Of a stretch of 64,000 bases of DNA, positions 1-15,267 are shown piece after piece (position 1 is the stretch's first letter; each line of letters opens with the position of its first letter). The stretch lies in assembly GCF_009914755.1 (NCBI RefSeq), contig NC_060929.1. One strand, given 5' to 3'. The notes beneath the pieces were generated by a model. It did not search any database. It had not been told where the DNA came from and saw nothing but the letters and a program-made list of their open reading frames with translations. The DNA is from the human T2T-CHM13v2.0 reference genome, Homo sapiens. The translations under genes were made by a program, and so were the position numbers.

Positions 1-605
1 GTCCCCTGCAGCCTCAAAGAAGCCTGAAAAAGTAAACCCACCCCCAAGTCACAGGTATGCCTTCTGCTTTGCCAAGGCGTTTTAAGGAAGAATAGAAACG
101 TGTCAACTAGTTCAATTAGCCAAGGCTGCTACAACAGTCAATCAGAGGCTAGCGCCCAGCAGAGGGCCTCCCCACAGATGGGCATGTTGCAGCCAGGGGT
201 TCAGCTGCATTTGGCCAGGAAGACACCCACACTCCACCTGCACCTCCATCTGTACTGCCCTGCACTGAGCACAGCTCTCAAGCCCCTCCTCTAATTCCCT
301 CCCCTGCCTCTGTGGGGCCATGGCCACTGCCACATTGAAGGGTACCTGGGCTTCCCCTAGAAACCCCGGACTCCTCTGTGGTTTCCGGAGGCAATGCCAC
401 ACACAGCAATCCAGCCATGTGGACAGTTCCGTAGCAAGGCTGCCTGAGTTCAAGCTCAGCATTGTCACTTACTCAGAGTGTGAGCTGCCTGTCACTCATG
501 TTCAATAAAATGGCATGTGAGTACCTCACATTCAAGGTCTCCATCACTAGACTGAGCCACTAGGGCAGGGTCTCTTCTTCTTGCAGCTGTGAAGGGAAGA
601 GGGCA
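1..605 (+). mobile_element. Probable old ERVL-type solo LTR fragment (MER54/MER73/MER74-like)
   Basis: AATAAA at ~504 followed by a U5-like segment; loose resemblance to recalled consensus only. Confidence 0.35.
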
Positions 606-933
606 CCTCCTCACTCCCTTTGAAGATAGTCATAATCATGTGACTTGGTTAAGCCAATAAAATGGGAGTCAAAGTACCATGGATCACTTCTGAGGAGAAG
701 AGTTTCATTGTCATTATTTTATTTGCTAACCCACGCTTTTCCTGGCTTTGACACTGGGGAAGGGCACACAGACAGAAAGCTGCCCTGAGACAATGCAACC
801 TGCAGTGCAGGGCCAGCCTGTGGAGGGAGCCCTCCTGGGGAGACCACAGCCCACAAATGACAGTGTTGCAACAGGAAAGGAAGCTTTACCATGCTTGTTA
901 CTGCAGCACACCTAGCTGATCCTGACTGCTACA
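606..933 (+). mobile_element. MLT1 (ERVL-MaLR) LTR remnant
   Basis: CATGTGACTTGGTTAAGCCAATAAAATG...TCACTTCTG core and MLT1-type 3' end TTGTTACTGCAGCACACCTAGCTGATCCTGACTGCTACA. Confidence 0.65.
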
Positions 934-1054
934 CTATCTGTAGAACAGAGATGAAAAGTGGCTGTGTATAGTAAGCTGAGTGGCAATGCCTGGCCTGCTT
1001 GGTACTGCAGTGATGCAAGCAACCTTCGCTTGACAGATGGCTAATTCCTAGGTG

Positions 1055-1160
1055 TGCTATCATCTTTATTCCAGTGACCTGGTAGAATGTCTGGTAAGTA
1101 TTGTTTAGGTGTTGATAAATGTTTGTTGAGCAAAATTAAGAAGCCAGTTGAATAAATGTC
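1055..1160 (+). mobile_element. L2 3' end fragment
   Basis: TGTCTGG...TAGGTGTTGATAAATGTTTGTTGAG resembles the L2 terminus. Confidence 0.5.
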
Positions 1161-1214
1161 ACTGATATGATTGGATAATACCAATTTAAATTATATATGG
1201 AAGAAATTAGAGGC

Positions 1215-1556
1215 TGTTCTATGATCTGAATGTATCTCCCAAAATTCATGTTGAAACTTAATCGCCAATGGTATTAAGAGGTGGAGCTTTAGGAGATGGT
1301 TGCTCATGAGGGTGGAGCTCTCATGCATGGGATAAGTGGCTTCATAAAAGAGGATGGAGGGAAACCCTAGTGCCTTTTTCCCTTCCACCCTCTGTATCAT
1401 GTGAGGATGTCAGGAGATGACATCATCGCCAGACATTGAACCTTCTGGTTCTGTGACCTTGGACTCTCCACCTTCCCAACCAATGAGAAATCCATTTCCT
1501 TCTTTTATACTCAGTCTGTGGCATTTTGTTATAGCAACACAATTGGGCTGAGATGC
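1215..1556 (+). mobile_element. MST/MLT1A-type MaLR solo LTR
   Basis: CCCAAAATTCATGTTGAAACTTAATCGCCAATG...CAGTCTGTGGCATTTTGTTATAGCAACAC. Confidence 0.8.
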
Positions 1557-1626
1557 CATGTTTGAAGGATGATGCTGAAGTAACAGTGAATTCCACATAG
1601 ATTCCTAGCAAAATATCAACTTCCCC

Positions 1627-1982
1627 TGATATGGTTTGGCTGTGTCCCCACCCAAATCTCAAACTGTAGCTCCCATAATCCCCACGTGTCATGGGAGGGA
1701 CCTGGTTGGAGGTGATTGAATCATGAGGGCAGGTCTTTCCTGTACTGTTCTTGTGGTAGTTAATAAGTCTCAGGGGGATCTGATGGTTTTATAAAGGGGA
1801 GTTTCCCTGCACAAATTACCTCTTTGCCATGTAAGACATCCCTTTGCTCTTCCTTCATCTTCCGCCATGATTGTGAGGCCTCCCTCGTCATGTGGAACTG
1901 TGAGTCAATTAAACCTCTTTCTCTTATAAATTACCCAGTCTTGGGTATGTCCTTATCAGCAGTGTGAAAATGGACTAATACA
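1627..1982 (+). mobile_element. THE1 (THE1B/C-like) solo LTR, full length
   Basis: Canonical ends TGATATGGTTTGGCTGTGTCCCCACCCAAATCTC ... AGCAGTGTGAAAATGGACTAATACA. Confidence 0.93.
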
Positions 1983-3470
1983 CCACCAAATGTTCTTGTT
2001 CTCCAACACGTTCCAACTAAAAATATTAGAACCATTGTGGCAAAACTCTGTATAAATAAGGTGAGAGAGTAAATATCCCTGTAACTAGATACCCCTAAAG
2101 GGACCACTGATACCTCTGATTTTCACTTGGGCAAATAACCATCAGTAAAATGACACCCTCTTCAAGTCAGCACCACACTCTGATGAGTGCCCAGGGGCAG
2201 CCCTCTGCTGTCCTGCAGGTGGCCTTTTTAGATTGTGGGGATTAATAGCTGCTCATTTTGGGTGCATTCTATTTATCTGTTCTTAACTTTGAACTTTTTA
2301 CCAGGCAGACTCTGAAAGACGAACGAGGTGCGTATCACGACTCGACACTGTGTAGCACCTGGGCTTGCCCAAAACGCTGGCTCTGGGCTTCTGTGATGTC
2401 ACTTTCAGCCAATCAGAGAAGCTGAGGAGCGGGAGGAGGCTTTTCATGGATGCAGGTGTGCGGGCCTCAGATGGTGAGCCCTGCTGCTCCCCTCCTCACC
2501 TCCAGGTGGGGAGATGTTTGTGGGGCTTCCACTGTGCAGGGCCGGGTTGTTGAGAATATGGAAATACTGGGTTTGCAGCAAGCTATACTCCCGTACCTCA
2601 CAAAGAGCAGCCACAACTTAAAGATGAAAAATGATGGGAAAGAAGGAGGCAACACTGTAAAATTTTACCAAATGAGCTTCTGGTTGTATATTGACAATAT
2701 TTAAATAAATGGACCATAAGGCATTTATAAAACCTTCAGAAATGACTCTGTTTTCAACAGCGTCTCTTACAGTTTCAGATATGTCACGCTCACTGTGGTA
2801 TTAAATCTTCTACATCATAGTGACAGAGAAGAATGCATACTTATAGTGTAACTATTATAATGCAAATCACTGGATGGGTCAGCAAGGCTGCCAAATGTAA
2901 GCATTTTTATAAAAATGCTCTGATCAAGGCCTTCCAAGGATCTTCCTCCTTTTACATCATCTAATTGGTTCCAGTTTATTCATGATAGTCCAGGCAATAA
3001 TGAGATTACCCAAAATATTGTGCAAATAAAGAGATATTAAGTGTATTCTATTTAGAAACAAATTCAGAAATACCTATTTAGCCTGTTGAGCTACACTTAT
3101 ATAGCAGACAAAGACAGGGCAACTTAGAGACACACACACACTTTCATAAACATTTATACTCTCTCCCTCAGAGCTGGGGATCTCATACTCTTGGTTTAGC
3201 CCTTTTGATGAAAATACACTGTGATTTTAAAATAACCCATGCTCAAACATGTATCACTCATCAAAAAGTGCATTTAAAGAAAAAAAACACTCAGTTGTAA
3301 TTCCCATTACATCTCGCCTCTCATCCTGGTGACATTGATACTGAATATTGGATGAATGCTGGCAAAGCGTTAGTAGCAAATTCCGTGCCACAGTCTCCCC
3401 TGCAGTATGACAGCCCACTCTCTGAATGTTTTGTCCAATAATGAGGAAACTTTAAAAAATAAAATGTGCA

Positions 3471-3878
<408 letters not shown>

Positions 3879-4011
3879 TGACCAGGGCTTCTCCAGCTGT
3901 AAGCATGGTTTCCTTCCACAGCAGAGCGGATGTGCAGCTGGGGACTCCCATGCAGAAGTGCATAGGACGCTGTCTCAGTGTGCCAGGGGGTGATCTGGGA
4001 AGATAAGATAA

Positions 4012-4524
<513 letters not shown>

Positions 4525-6139
4525 TAAGCTCACTTTTGCTTTTACAAGTTGGAACTGGTCCTCTTCTTTAAAACTGTATACTATGACTCGTACAAAGTCT
4601 GGATTTTCCAAATGAAAATACCAGCTTATGTACAATTTCAGTGACATACTAGATGCTACCGGTCACCCAGTGTATCCACCCTGTGCACAGGAATCATTCC
4701 CAAATAAGCTAGAAGGGTGCCATGGTGTTAGTAACAGAGGGTGTCACAAAGGAAGTGCACATTCAGTCCCACACTAAAATTGTAGGCATGTAATATTTCC
4801 ATTCTCCTAAAGCTCCAGATCTCATTTGGAGCCTCAGCGTGGCCATTCAGTCCAGCCTGAATGGTCTCTGACTACAGTCCTGGCTCTGGGATCCCCGGGA
4901 CAGGCACGTGGCCTCCTGCCTTCAGAGTGGACCTTCCTTGGCCCTTTCTACTCTGCTACAGTCCTCTTTCTTGCAGAACACTCTGGAGAGAGGCGGTAAA
5001 CTGACACCATAGCTGACAACAAAATGCTTCTTAGGGCCATTAGATCCTGTCCCGTGGGCTGACCTCAGGCACTGACGGTCCTTAGTCACCATGAGGCAAT
5101 GTCACAAGAGCACACCCAGGACTTTGTTGTTATTTCACAACTTTAGGAGAGAAACCATCTAGCTCTGTGATTTTTTTCCCCTGGGGGAATAGAAAATTCA
5201 ACAGGTTTAATAAATGACTGAATAATAAATTAATAAACAGGATGAAGGCATAAGAAAATGGGGAACAAAGACAAATTGCAAAATCAACAATTATCGTATT
5301 CTAACAATATGCATTTTAACTATGATTTGTAGACAGACTCAAGTTTTCAATCAGAAAGAGAATAAGAACTACCTACAAATAATGTATAATCTTTGCCCAA
5401 CAGACAAAAGATTATAGCATTTTAATCAGTCTCACGTAAGTCAGTATCAATCTGTAAATAGGGACCAGGTTTTAGTTTTTTTGATTATTATTCTAGTTTT
5501 AAAACTCAGGCTACACCCTATGGATGTTTAATAGTAAGGGGATAGCCACTAAAAAATTAACTGTGGCTTTGAGTTTTCTCCTGAGCTTTTTAAAGCATCT
5601 CCATACTGAGAAGCCTGACACTTAGTACATGGGAAATACATCCCCGACACTCAGGAGCCTGGTGTCACTGGGTCCCATCCTTGTTCCAGGCCCGGGTCAC
5701 TCTGGCCTCCCCCTCCCTCAGTGACTGCTGGACGGCAGCGCCTCCTCTCTGGTTTTCCAGACCCCCCACCCCCTGCTGCCCCCGGACGTGGGTCGCTGGG
5801 GCTTGGGTTCACTTGTCCAGGGAGACACGGACGGCGTCAGTCCCGAGCTTTGCATCCACTCATCACAAATCTCATCATCAAAGTGCACCCGTGCTGAGTC
5901 AAGGCCCTCATTCTAGCAGGTCCCAAAGTGAGCGAGGCTTGATGGGAAAGGGGTCAGTGATTTCTTACTATGTCCAGTTACGCAGGTTTGGATTGGAGGA
6001 CTCTGTTTTCATAAACCAACCTCGCCTGGCTGGTGGTTTCACTTCTGATTCATGGGATGGAGGCTGGCATAGCCTGGGACTTGAGAGTCCTGGATTTTTA
6101 TAATTCTTTCTCTTTTTCTGAGGATTTCCATCCTATGCT

Positions 6140-6950
6140 TTCATTCCCATCTGTCTGCCTCCACTTTACCACACTCAGGCTTTGCTCCCGTTAGCATCTA
6201 TGTCATGACAAGCTTGGCCTGCACTGACACAAGAGGCCCGGACTGCCCATCTCTCCAGCCTGGTCCTGTGATTCCAACAATGGGGCCCATGACCCTTCTC
6301 TCCTCCCGAGACCCTCCCACCCCACTCAGCACTCACCCCTGTGGTCCTAAGAAATCGGGAACCACTCGTGGTCTCCACTCACCAACCACCTGCTCGTCCT
6401 TTCTCTGTTCATGCTCTCAGGACCCTCAGCTCCAAAGCTGCAGCCCCACTGGGTTCTTCAATTCATGGACACTCCCGTCGGCTCACTGCCCCTTGCCCCA
6501 GCCCCCATCACCTCATTGATGCTGTTCTCGATGTGAGCTCCCTCCCAGCACACACCCAAAATGCCTGCTCCAAGTCTGTGTACTAGACCCTGGACACAAT
6601 CGTGCTGATAGCTCCAGCTTCCAGGAGGACCATCTTCTCTGAGCCTGGGGTTCTCTTGGCAGTGCAGCCTGCACCTCACTCCATCAACCCAACCCCTTCT
6701 CCCCTACCCCAAGCCGCAGGGCCTAGAGGATGGTTTCATACCTTCTCCTCCCACGCCTGCCTACCCCTCCTGCTCTCAGCTGATGGCCTTGCTTCCTGTA
6801 CTCCCGAGAAGGTGGAACCTCTGCAGAGACTGTCCACCTGCTCCGAGGCCACCCATGCTTGCCCTGTCTTCTTGGCAGTCACTCTCTTAGCACAGAGGAG
6901 CCTTCCCTGCACCTGCTGGGAAGCAACCCCCCGACTTGTCCTTTTTGGGG
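6140..6950 (+). mobile_element. Degenerate L2 LINE (ORF2 region)
   Basis: CTCTCAGCTGATGGCCTTGCTTCCTGTACTCCCGAGAA (~6774-6811) resembles L2 ORF2 consensus; C-rich strand; boundaries approximate. Confidence 0.55.
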
Positions 6951-9300
6951 GCCTCTGGCTCTCACACGGCTCAATTCAGGGCCAGGGCAGCTCCTTGCTA
7001 CCTCTTCAGAACTAAGGCATGATGTAAATCTTCAAAAGATATTATCATGAGTTTATTCTCATTTTCGATTCAAATTTGGCGAAATCATTTTTTAACCTTG
7101 TTTGTATTATCTTTGTTTTTCTTCCTTTTATGCTGCAAATCCCAGCTGGAGTGACATCAACATAAATTCTCACTTGCTTTATCCTACACCAGGTGTGAAA
7201 CAACCTAGGAATAACGATGTCAGTCTAACACCAAAACTATGAGTATTGAAAAGAGTTCTTTTCTGTTTGTTTTTGTCATGTGTGTGTTCTTAAACAAACG
7301 CAGTAGAAACAAAGCCTCAAATGATCTTCGTGAGCTCACTCGAAGTGGTTGCCCTCCTGAGTTCATTGTCTGTTGGTGTCTTTCGCCAATTTCTATTTCC
7401 TCTTTCCCCTTTGAACCAGAATGCCGGCCCCACCACTGCCGGAATGTTGCTCCTGTCAAGGGCACAAGTGACACATAGGCTGGTGAGCCCCGAGTCCACT
7501 CAGCAGCAGCAGGTGACGGCTGATCGCTTCCTGCACCAGGACACTTTCTGAGTGTGGATTTCAGGACCCCACACTCACGTGCCCCTCCTGACCCCCTGTC
7601 TGTGCTTCAACGTGAGCATCTTCTTTCACAACCATAGGAAATCCCTGCCATGCAACAGAAAGAACGTGAAAAAAAGCCATCAGTTTGGAGGGAACATGGT
7701 GCCTTTGGAAAGGTGGATGCTAAGTGAGTCAAGGTGATGGCAACTGGGGCATGTTGGTCAAGACCAACCCCAGTGTTGGGAAGGAGAAGGCCTTATAAAA
7801 ATGTGTAATTGGACACGTTGGGGATTCTTCTTCCGAAGTGCACGTTGAATGAATGCATGGTAGAGAAAGGGCCGGAACATCAGTGGATCAAAAGCCTGTG
7901 TCTTTCTTTGTTCTCCGGTGTCCTTGGTTGATGCAGCAAGGTCTGGAATTCAAGAATCGCTTCCCAGCTTCTAAGCAGTATCTTCTCAGCCCCTTCCTCC
8001 CAGAGACTTACCCCAGCCCTGGTGATTCCGTTTCTGGGTCCAGTGGAGGCCCAGTGCCCCTTGCAGAAATGTCAGACTGTCCCTGGGATCATAAATAGAT
8101 GCTGCCCTGATCAAGGGGTTTACTTGGCCAAATGAAACAAGGCCATCATGAGCCCTTTGACGAGTTGAAGACAAAGGTACTAACTTTAGTCCAAGTGTTC
8201 TCTGAGCTGTATGATAAGCATGCAGCCCTTTCTTTGAGGAATGGTGCCAACGTTCTGTAGGAGACGGGTGCTGTATGGAACCCAGTGTGGGGATGCTGCT
8301 CTAGGATGTGCTGGTGTCTCATTTCCTGTCACACTGAGAACGGGCTGCTGTTCTGACTCAGGCTAAAGATCTGGGTGGGACAGACCACCCCCTGAGCACA
8401 GCCTGGCTATGGCGTACTAATCACTGAGACGCCGATAGGAGTGTGATCACCACAAGGGCATGTGCTCAGGGGCCCTGGAGGCAGCCTCCTGCTTGGTGCA
8501 AAGACACGTAAGACATCACCTCCTCCTGAGTCACATTCATCCTCATCACACGGCCAGAGAGCAACATCTCACCCCACCACACTGGCCATCCCAGACACAC
8601 ACAGAGCACTGTGCAAGGACAGAGACCAGTGTCCATCTCGGCCAGAGAGACTGGCATGGGAACGCTCCCTGGAGGAGGTGACGCCACAAGCAAGCCTCAG
8701 AGGACACATGCTGAGACTCTTTCTGCCTCTGCAGTCCTGTGTAGGCAAGTCAGCTTTTCCCTGCCCTTCAACAATATTCCAAGCCTGCCCACCCTCCCTG
8801 TGGAGGAGTGCTCAGGTCTGTCTGAGGCTGACCTGGACTCTGCAGAGGGGCTATTTCTTCATTTTTCCATTTATCAGCAAATGCTTGAGAGCACACTCTT
8901 CTGGTTTTGCACCTGGTGAGCAGTACCTGCGGAGCTGCTGTCTGCAGATCATGGAGGTGGGAGGGGTGGAGCTAGGCAATCCAAATGCCCATCCGGGTCT
9001 GCACAGTCTCCAAGACAGTCCCAGCTGCAGTGCAGGCAGACGTCCCTGTGGACGAAGAGTGTGTACTGAATGAGTGACTGGGATTTTTTTCTTTGCTCAT
9101 CTGGATTTCCTACTGTCCTCCAGTGAACAGGGATTCCCTACGCAATGCAGGGCCATAGGCACAAAGATATAGATCAAGGAGAAACTTGTCATTCCCTTCC
9201 ACTATTTTCTTATTAAATTTTTAAAAAGCCTAATGGATCTTGGTCTCAGTTTGAGGGACTACAGGCCAAGCCTGGAGGATTTAATAGAAATCAAATGGAG

Positions 9301-9763
<463 letters not shown>

Positions 9764-11154
9764 TCAGTTACCAAGCACAGGTGGAGGCCACCACCTAGCC
9801 AGGCCTCTGATGCGGAGGTTTCCAGCTCTTGTCCTGGTGCTTCTCAACCTTGACTATACACAGGCTACTCAGGGGGCTTCAGAAAAGCCTCGCTCCTCCA
9901 ACACCAGTGGGATGAGCCCAGGGAGATGGCTGGTGAGCAGGTGCACCTACTGTTTCTGAGCTCCCTTTCAGGTGGTCCTATTGCCCAGGGAGAGGCAAGG
10001 GCTCTGCTCTGGAGCCAGCTTTGGGCATCCAAGGTGTACTTCTATTTAGGAGGCAGAAAAGTCTCACAGCCTTGAGTTAGACAGCTGGGCTGGTTGACCC
10101 TGGACTTCACAGAGAGGAGTGAGTGGGGTAGAAAGATGAATAGGAAATAGAGCTCTAAACATGGCCTGTGACACGTAGCTCAGTTTCTATCACAAAAGAA
10201 GAAAATCCCTTTAGTTTGGGTCTGTAGTTCCTAGCACAGAAGTCTATGTTGTTAAGATTTATTTTTCTCTATATTATATGAAAAGGGTCAAAGAAAATGC
10301 CTGACTCTTGCTCAATGCATAGCTCGGTGGTTACCATGGTTTGAATATTAATATAGGTAGAGAATTTGGTTAAGCGTTTTCACTTTTATTTTGCTGAGAA
10401 TCTGTGGGTGGACGGAGCCCCCACCTCCCAGGAAACAAGCAAATATCCCCCAAGGATTTTGCAGCCTCTCTGTCTGTGCTTCTGTCTGCTTACTTCAAGG
10501 CAAGTCCACAAATATTATTGAGTCCTGCACTGTGTACAGGATGGAGCCTCGCTTTGTTCTATGAAACAACATCTATTAGGTGGGCACTGCCTTTTAGCCA
10601 TATGGCTATTGAGCAACTTTAAACGTGTTGCTAGCTTTATTTGTATGACTTTTGATAGGACCTGTCTGAGTCTGTGGAAAGAGGCATACCTGGCCAGCCG
10701 GAGGTCACAGCAGAGTAGACCAATTGACAGTTCAACCGGTGCCTCTACAATGTTCTTTGGCTAATGATTTTGGATTTTTCAAAACACACAAATATGGCTG
10801 TTATTCAAATTAATTTTAAATTTAGAAATACTAAATAAAAAAAATTTTAAATGTGATTCTAGTGTACCATATTGATTTTTCAAAACGTGTTTGAAACAAT
10901 AGCAAAATTCTTCCTGAAAGCTAAATAACATTTTCTCTGTGGAGTAATATAGAGTTTTCAACAGATTGGAGTTTTACTCAAGAAGGCTTGTCCAGCCTTG
11001 ACTTTTTCTGTTCTTCCAGGTAGGAAATGGAGTCCTTTTCACTTACTACAGATCTGAATACAATCAAATACTTGCAAGGAAAAAAACACATATGCATCTA
11101 TACTTATTAAAATAATTTTACTGAAGAGTTATCTTACTGTCCTTTCTTCTTTCC

Positions 11155-11157
<3 letters not shown>

Positions 11158-11202
<45 letters not shown>
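11158..11202. repeat. (CA)n microsatellite, ~22 units
   Basis: Perfect CA run. Confidence 0.98.
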
Positions 11203-11209
<7 letters not shown>

Positions 11210-11469
11210 AAGTGCTTGTGTTTCTTGCATTTATCCCTGGTTATCCCCATCTTTCCTATTCAAGGTCTCCTTGAAGGCTTATTCATTGTTTATCATTTTC
11301 TCATGTATCTTCTCCAGCAACTTATGTGATCAGAAGTGCACAGCACAGGGTTTGGTGTTTGTAGGCATGCAATACCCTTTCACAGACCTGAAGAATGATG
11401 CTGCAATTCATCGGAGAGAGGGGAACAGGGAATAGGGCACAGTGAGTCCCAGTGTGGCCTCTCTGAAAT

Positions 11470-11635
11470 TAGATCACAAACTTGCTGACTTTTTATCCTG
11501 GCTGAGTTACTTGTCCTCTCAAAATCTTAGTAATCTTATCGGTTAAAAGGGGATAGTAATACTATCCAAGTTAGAGGCGGTTGAGAGGCTTAAGTAAAAA
11601 ATGTGTATTAAACAGTTAACAAAGCATCTGGCAGC
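11470..11635 (+). mobile_element. MIR
   Basis: GAGTTACTTGTCCTCTC...TAAAAGGGGATAGTAATAC...GTTGAGAGGCTTAAGT core. Confidence 0.65.
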
Positions 11636-11702
11636 TTGTTAAAAGTCCCCTGCAGGGACTCACAGGACTGAGGAAATGAGACAAACTGTATCCCACAAAG
11701 TA

Positions 11703-12042
11703 CAGTCACTCGTCTCTTCAAATCACGATGGGGACATGTCCTGAGAAATGCATGCTCAGGTGATTCCCTCCCCGTGTGAATGTCACAAGGTGTCCTTATA
11801 CACACCTAGAGGGTCTAGCCTGCTACACGCCTGGGCTGTATGGCCTAGCCTATTGCTTCTAAGCTACAGACCTGCAATTGTGCTGCATAATGCAGGCAGT
11901 TGTTACACAATCGTCAGGATTTGTATCTAAACAGATCTACACATGAAATGCGACAGTAAAAATATGGTATTACAATCTTATGGGGCCACCATCCTACACA
12001 CAGTCTATTCTTGACCAGACATCCTTAGGCAGCAGAAGACTG
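11703..12042 (+). mobile_element. Tigger3a/MER7A-type non-autonomous DNA transposon
   Basis: TA|CAGTC...GACTG|TA termini, ~340 bp; internal CTGAGAAATGCAT, TACACACCTAGA, CAGTAAAAATATGGTATTA. Confidence 0.85.
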
Positions 12043-12349
12043 TATGAATTTTGTTTGGTTGCTTTTAGAGTATATAGTTCTGGCCACATTCTGGATCATT
12101 CTGGCATCCTCGTCACGGGAAGCAAGTCAAGCCAGATCACACCACACAGCCCAGAGCTTCCAGGCGGTGTGAGTCCAGGTCTGAGGTTCCCTGAGCACTG
12201 CCTGTGCCAAGTAGGGCTTGTCCATTCCCCGGGGCAGAATGGGCCACCGTATCCCATGGGGTCACGGTTCTCTCTTTAAAAGGAAGCAGCGCTTTGCTTC
12301 CATTCAGGATTCGTGCTTGCCCAGAGCTGTTTCCCGTATTCTCTCCATT

Positions 12350-12790
12350 CAGTGGGACTGCGAGATCATAGCCGGCTTATTAAATCTGAAGAGCTCTGCG
12401 ACCTTGAGGTTTTTCTTCCTCGGAAGCTCTCTTCTGGCATTCTCGAGATGGGCCCGGCTCGTCTGCGAGGTTAATTGAAAGATGGTCCCAGATGAGGCAG
12501 CGCATTGGCTGCACCACAGGCATCCTCGCAGGAAGGAATTCAGGAAAATGGAAATAGCGTCGGATGGAACATAAAGGCTGGGATCATCGGCAGAATCACA
12601 AAAGCTGTGCAGCGCGGTCGCCAAGCCTGGGCTGCTGGGCAGACGGCGGCACAAAGAGCCGGGGGCTGGGCCGCGCCAGCGCTGGAATGAAAAGGCCTGT
12701 CTTGAAGTTGCAGCTTCGGAGGCTTGGCGTGAAAGGCAGCGGGGAGAGAAAACAGCACGTTGAATGAGAGGAGGGGAAGTGGGCACTTTA
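12350..12790. promoter_or_regulatory. Candidate CpG-retaining regulatory element
   Basis: Repeat-free, visibly more CpG than flanks; TTAATTG, ATTGG and ACAAAG motifs. Confidence 0.3.
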
Positions 12791-15058
12791 TTCTTAAATC
12801 CCTGGCACTGACCGCAGGCTCTGAAGTGGGTGGGAACAGGCCTCGGTGGGCGCTCTGCGGCTCGGGTCCCAGGGTGCACATCCTGGGTGCAGCATGGTGT
12901 CTCTGCTGCTGGCTGGCACGTCTGGGCATTGGTGTGGCTATCAGCGCCTTAGTGTTCCCCGTGAGAAATGGGCATAGAATGGCTTTTTCACAGGAGTTAG
13001 GCTTTGAAAGGCACCTTTTCCCAGTGCACGTCATGAACATGGACAGAGCATTCACTGTCCCCATATGCAGAGGTCCCAGGCAGCCTCCAACTCCAGCGAG
13101 CTCTCCTCCTCCCCAACAGGGAGGGGTGGACAATGCGAAATCCTGTTTCCCAAAAAGCCAAATGAATCCCCCTTTAGACTCCAAAACTTCTTTTTTGTGT
13201 GTGTTTAAATCATTTTCCCTTCATCATTCCTAAAATTATTACATCACCTTATTCTTTTCTGAAACTGCCGACAGAATTTCTTTGGCTACGGACCTCAGGT
13301 ATATTCAGCTGTCACTTTGCAGTCACAGCCTGCCCTGAACTGTGGGACAGCAGGGCCCCAAAGCCCAGTGACGCACCCAGGGAGCGTTGCCCTGAACTCT
13401 TCTTAAGAAAGCCTGTGTTGGAATCCTGTGGTTTGATGCCTCTTTTGCCGATAGACTGCCTGGTCTTACTCCTCCGGGTCTGAACGTCTCTAGGCTTATT
13501 GGTGTGGGACTCTACAGTTTTCTAAGTGTCCACTCCTGGTTTTGCCGGCCAGGTTGGAGGGATCCAGGTGAGGTTGGAAGCTCCTCCTCCCAGTGACATG
13601 CTTTGCCTCACGCCGCTTCCTCCCTGCAGAGAGCCCCATCCCTCACTCTGCTGGCCAAACCTCTCATTCTTCAATGTCCAGCTCCGGTTTGCCTCCCCTG
13701 TGAAATCCACAGCATCAGAATTAATTGTTCTGTCTTCTGAATCCCACAGTCTCCTGATTCGATGGCAGGTGGTACCTGTGGCTGACTTCTTGTGCTTTCT
13801 GATCCAATGTTCAGCGGGCAGGAGCTGCTCGGCCCTGGTGCCCGCCGCATTTACCACATTGCTGGGCACACAACAGGGAGTCCGTAACTTAGAAAAACAC
13901 ACCTGTGGTTATAGACTCCAGGGCACCTATTTTGCTGTCTCAGAATATTCTTTCTCATGTTCTAGTTTTTTTTTGGTGTGCTAGATGTGTGAGTGATCAG
14001 TCAAAAGTTTAGCCTGGAAATCAGAAATGACACTCACTATTTTAGCAGAAATATTTTGATGTAGGAAATTGATTAGACAGATACTGGAGAAAGAAAACAT
14101 AATATGAGAATCCTGAAATGGAAAAATCTGCGCCCCTTGCACTGAGGCCCCAGGAAAGCGGGGAGGGGCTGTGAGGAGCAGGAGTCAGACCCCAGGCCCC
14201 TGAGGAGGAGCATGTGTTGGTGGCTGACTTGGGGTCTTCATGGCCGTGAGATGAGGCTGCATGGGGACTGCACAAGCTGGACACCATACCCAGCTAGAGG
14301 CCATTGCAGGGGAAATGCTGTCAGGAATGACAGCAACTTAGGAGGAGGAAGGGGCAACCCAGCCCCATGGTTTCCACGGGTGCCCAGGTTGGCGGAGTCC
14401 AACACGATGAAGTTGGCAGGGAAGAGACGTCCTGGCAGAGCCAACCCTCGTGCAGCAAGGCTGGGTTTACTGCAGGAGGGTGAGTTTGGAGTTAAGTGGC
14501 CACAGCTAGTAACAGACACAAGGAGCTCAGCCCAAACTGAATTACAGACAAGCAAGCTGTTGCTTCTCTCTTCAACCCAGAGAGGGCTGAGCACCATCCA
14601 CGGTGCAAAGCTTCCAGCTTTAAGCTTCCATGGTGGATCATTTAAATCATGAGATGTGTTCTGCAGGGACTTGACAACTGTGCCCCGGCCACACTGGGCC
14701 TTTCTGGCTAGGAGACTGCCCGAGTTTGGGTGGATAACGTAACGTAGCTCTGTGTGGCTGCTGGCAGATGCTGCAGTTTTGCTGTCCCGTGTCCCTGGAG
14801 ACTAAGTGGGAGACATAGATTTCCTTGCACCTCAAAGGACCCGAAACCCTAGGTGCCAGTTGGCAGTGAGGGCAGGGGCGTCCGAAGCCGATGTTTTCTT
14901 TTTACTAGTGTAAAGTGTTGAAAGGTGGATTATCTGAAAACAGAGTCTTAAAAATTAAAATCAAAGCTTGTTTTAATTTTAAAACCATCCACAGTGGACT
15001 TTCTCTTTTCCCACCTGCTCCTCTGACACTGTAGCCTGACGGCTTTATGCGACTCTCA

Positions 15059-15135
15059 GTGCAGGTGGGGCAGCAGAAAGCCGGGCTTGTGAGGCACTGC
15101 GACGGGTTTTCCAACCATAACTCCAGGGCCACCTG
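15059..15135 (+). repeat. 77-bp dispersed direct repeat, copy 1
   Basis: 65/77 ungapped identity to 16453-16529. Confidence 0.9.
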
Positions 15136-15267
15136 GGTGCTTCTCCTGACTTTCTCAAAGGTCCATGGTGGAACGTGGCCATGGTGTCACTCGGCTTTGG
15201 GTGGTGCCAGCAGCAGTCTGTGTGGCTCCTGATCATGACGGTGACTCTTCCCATCCCTTATCCGGGG

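Noticed and set aside
8462-9073. 203-aa ORF (also the 209-aa ORF at 45388-46017)
   Set aside because: No homology recognised and non-ATG starts; the second lies in an L2 remnant
12349-13233. Overlapping 157-214-aa ORFs on both strands
   Set aside because: No recognisable domain; long ORFs are expected in locally GC-rich DNA
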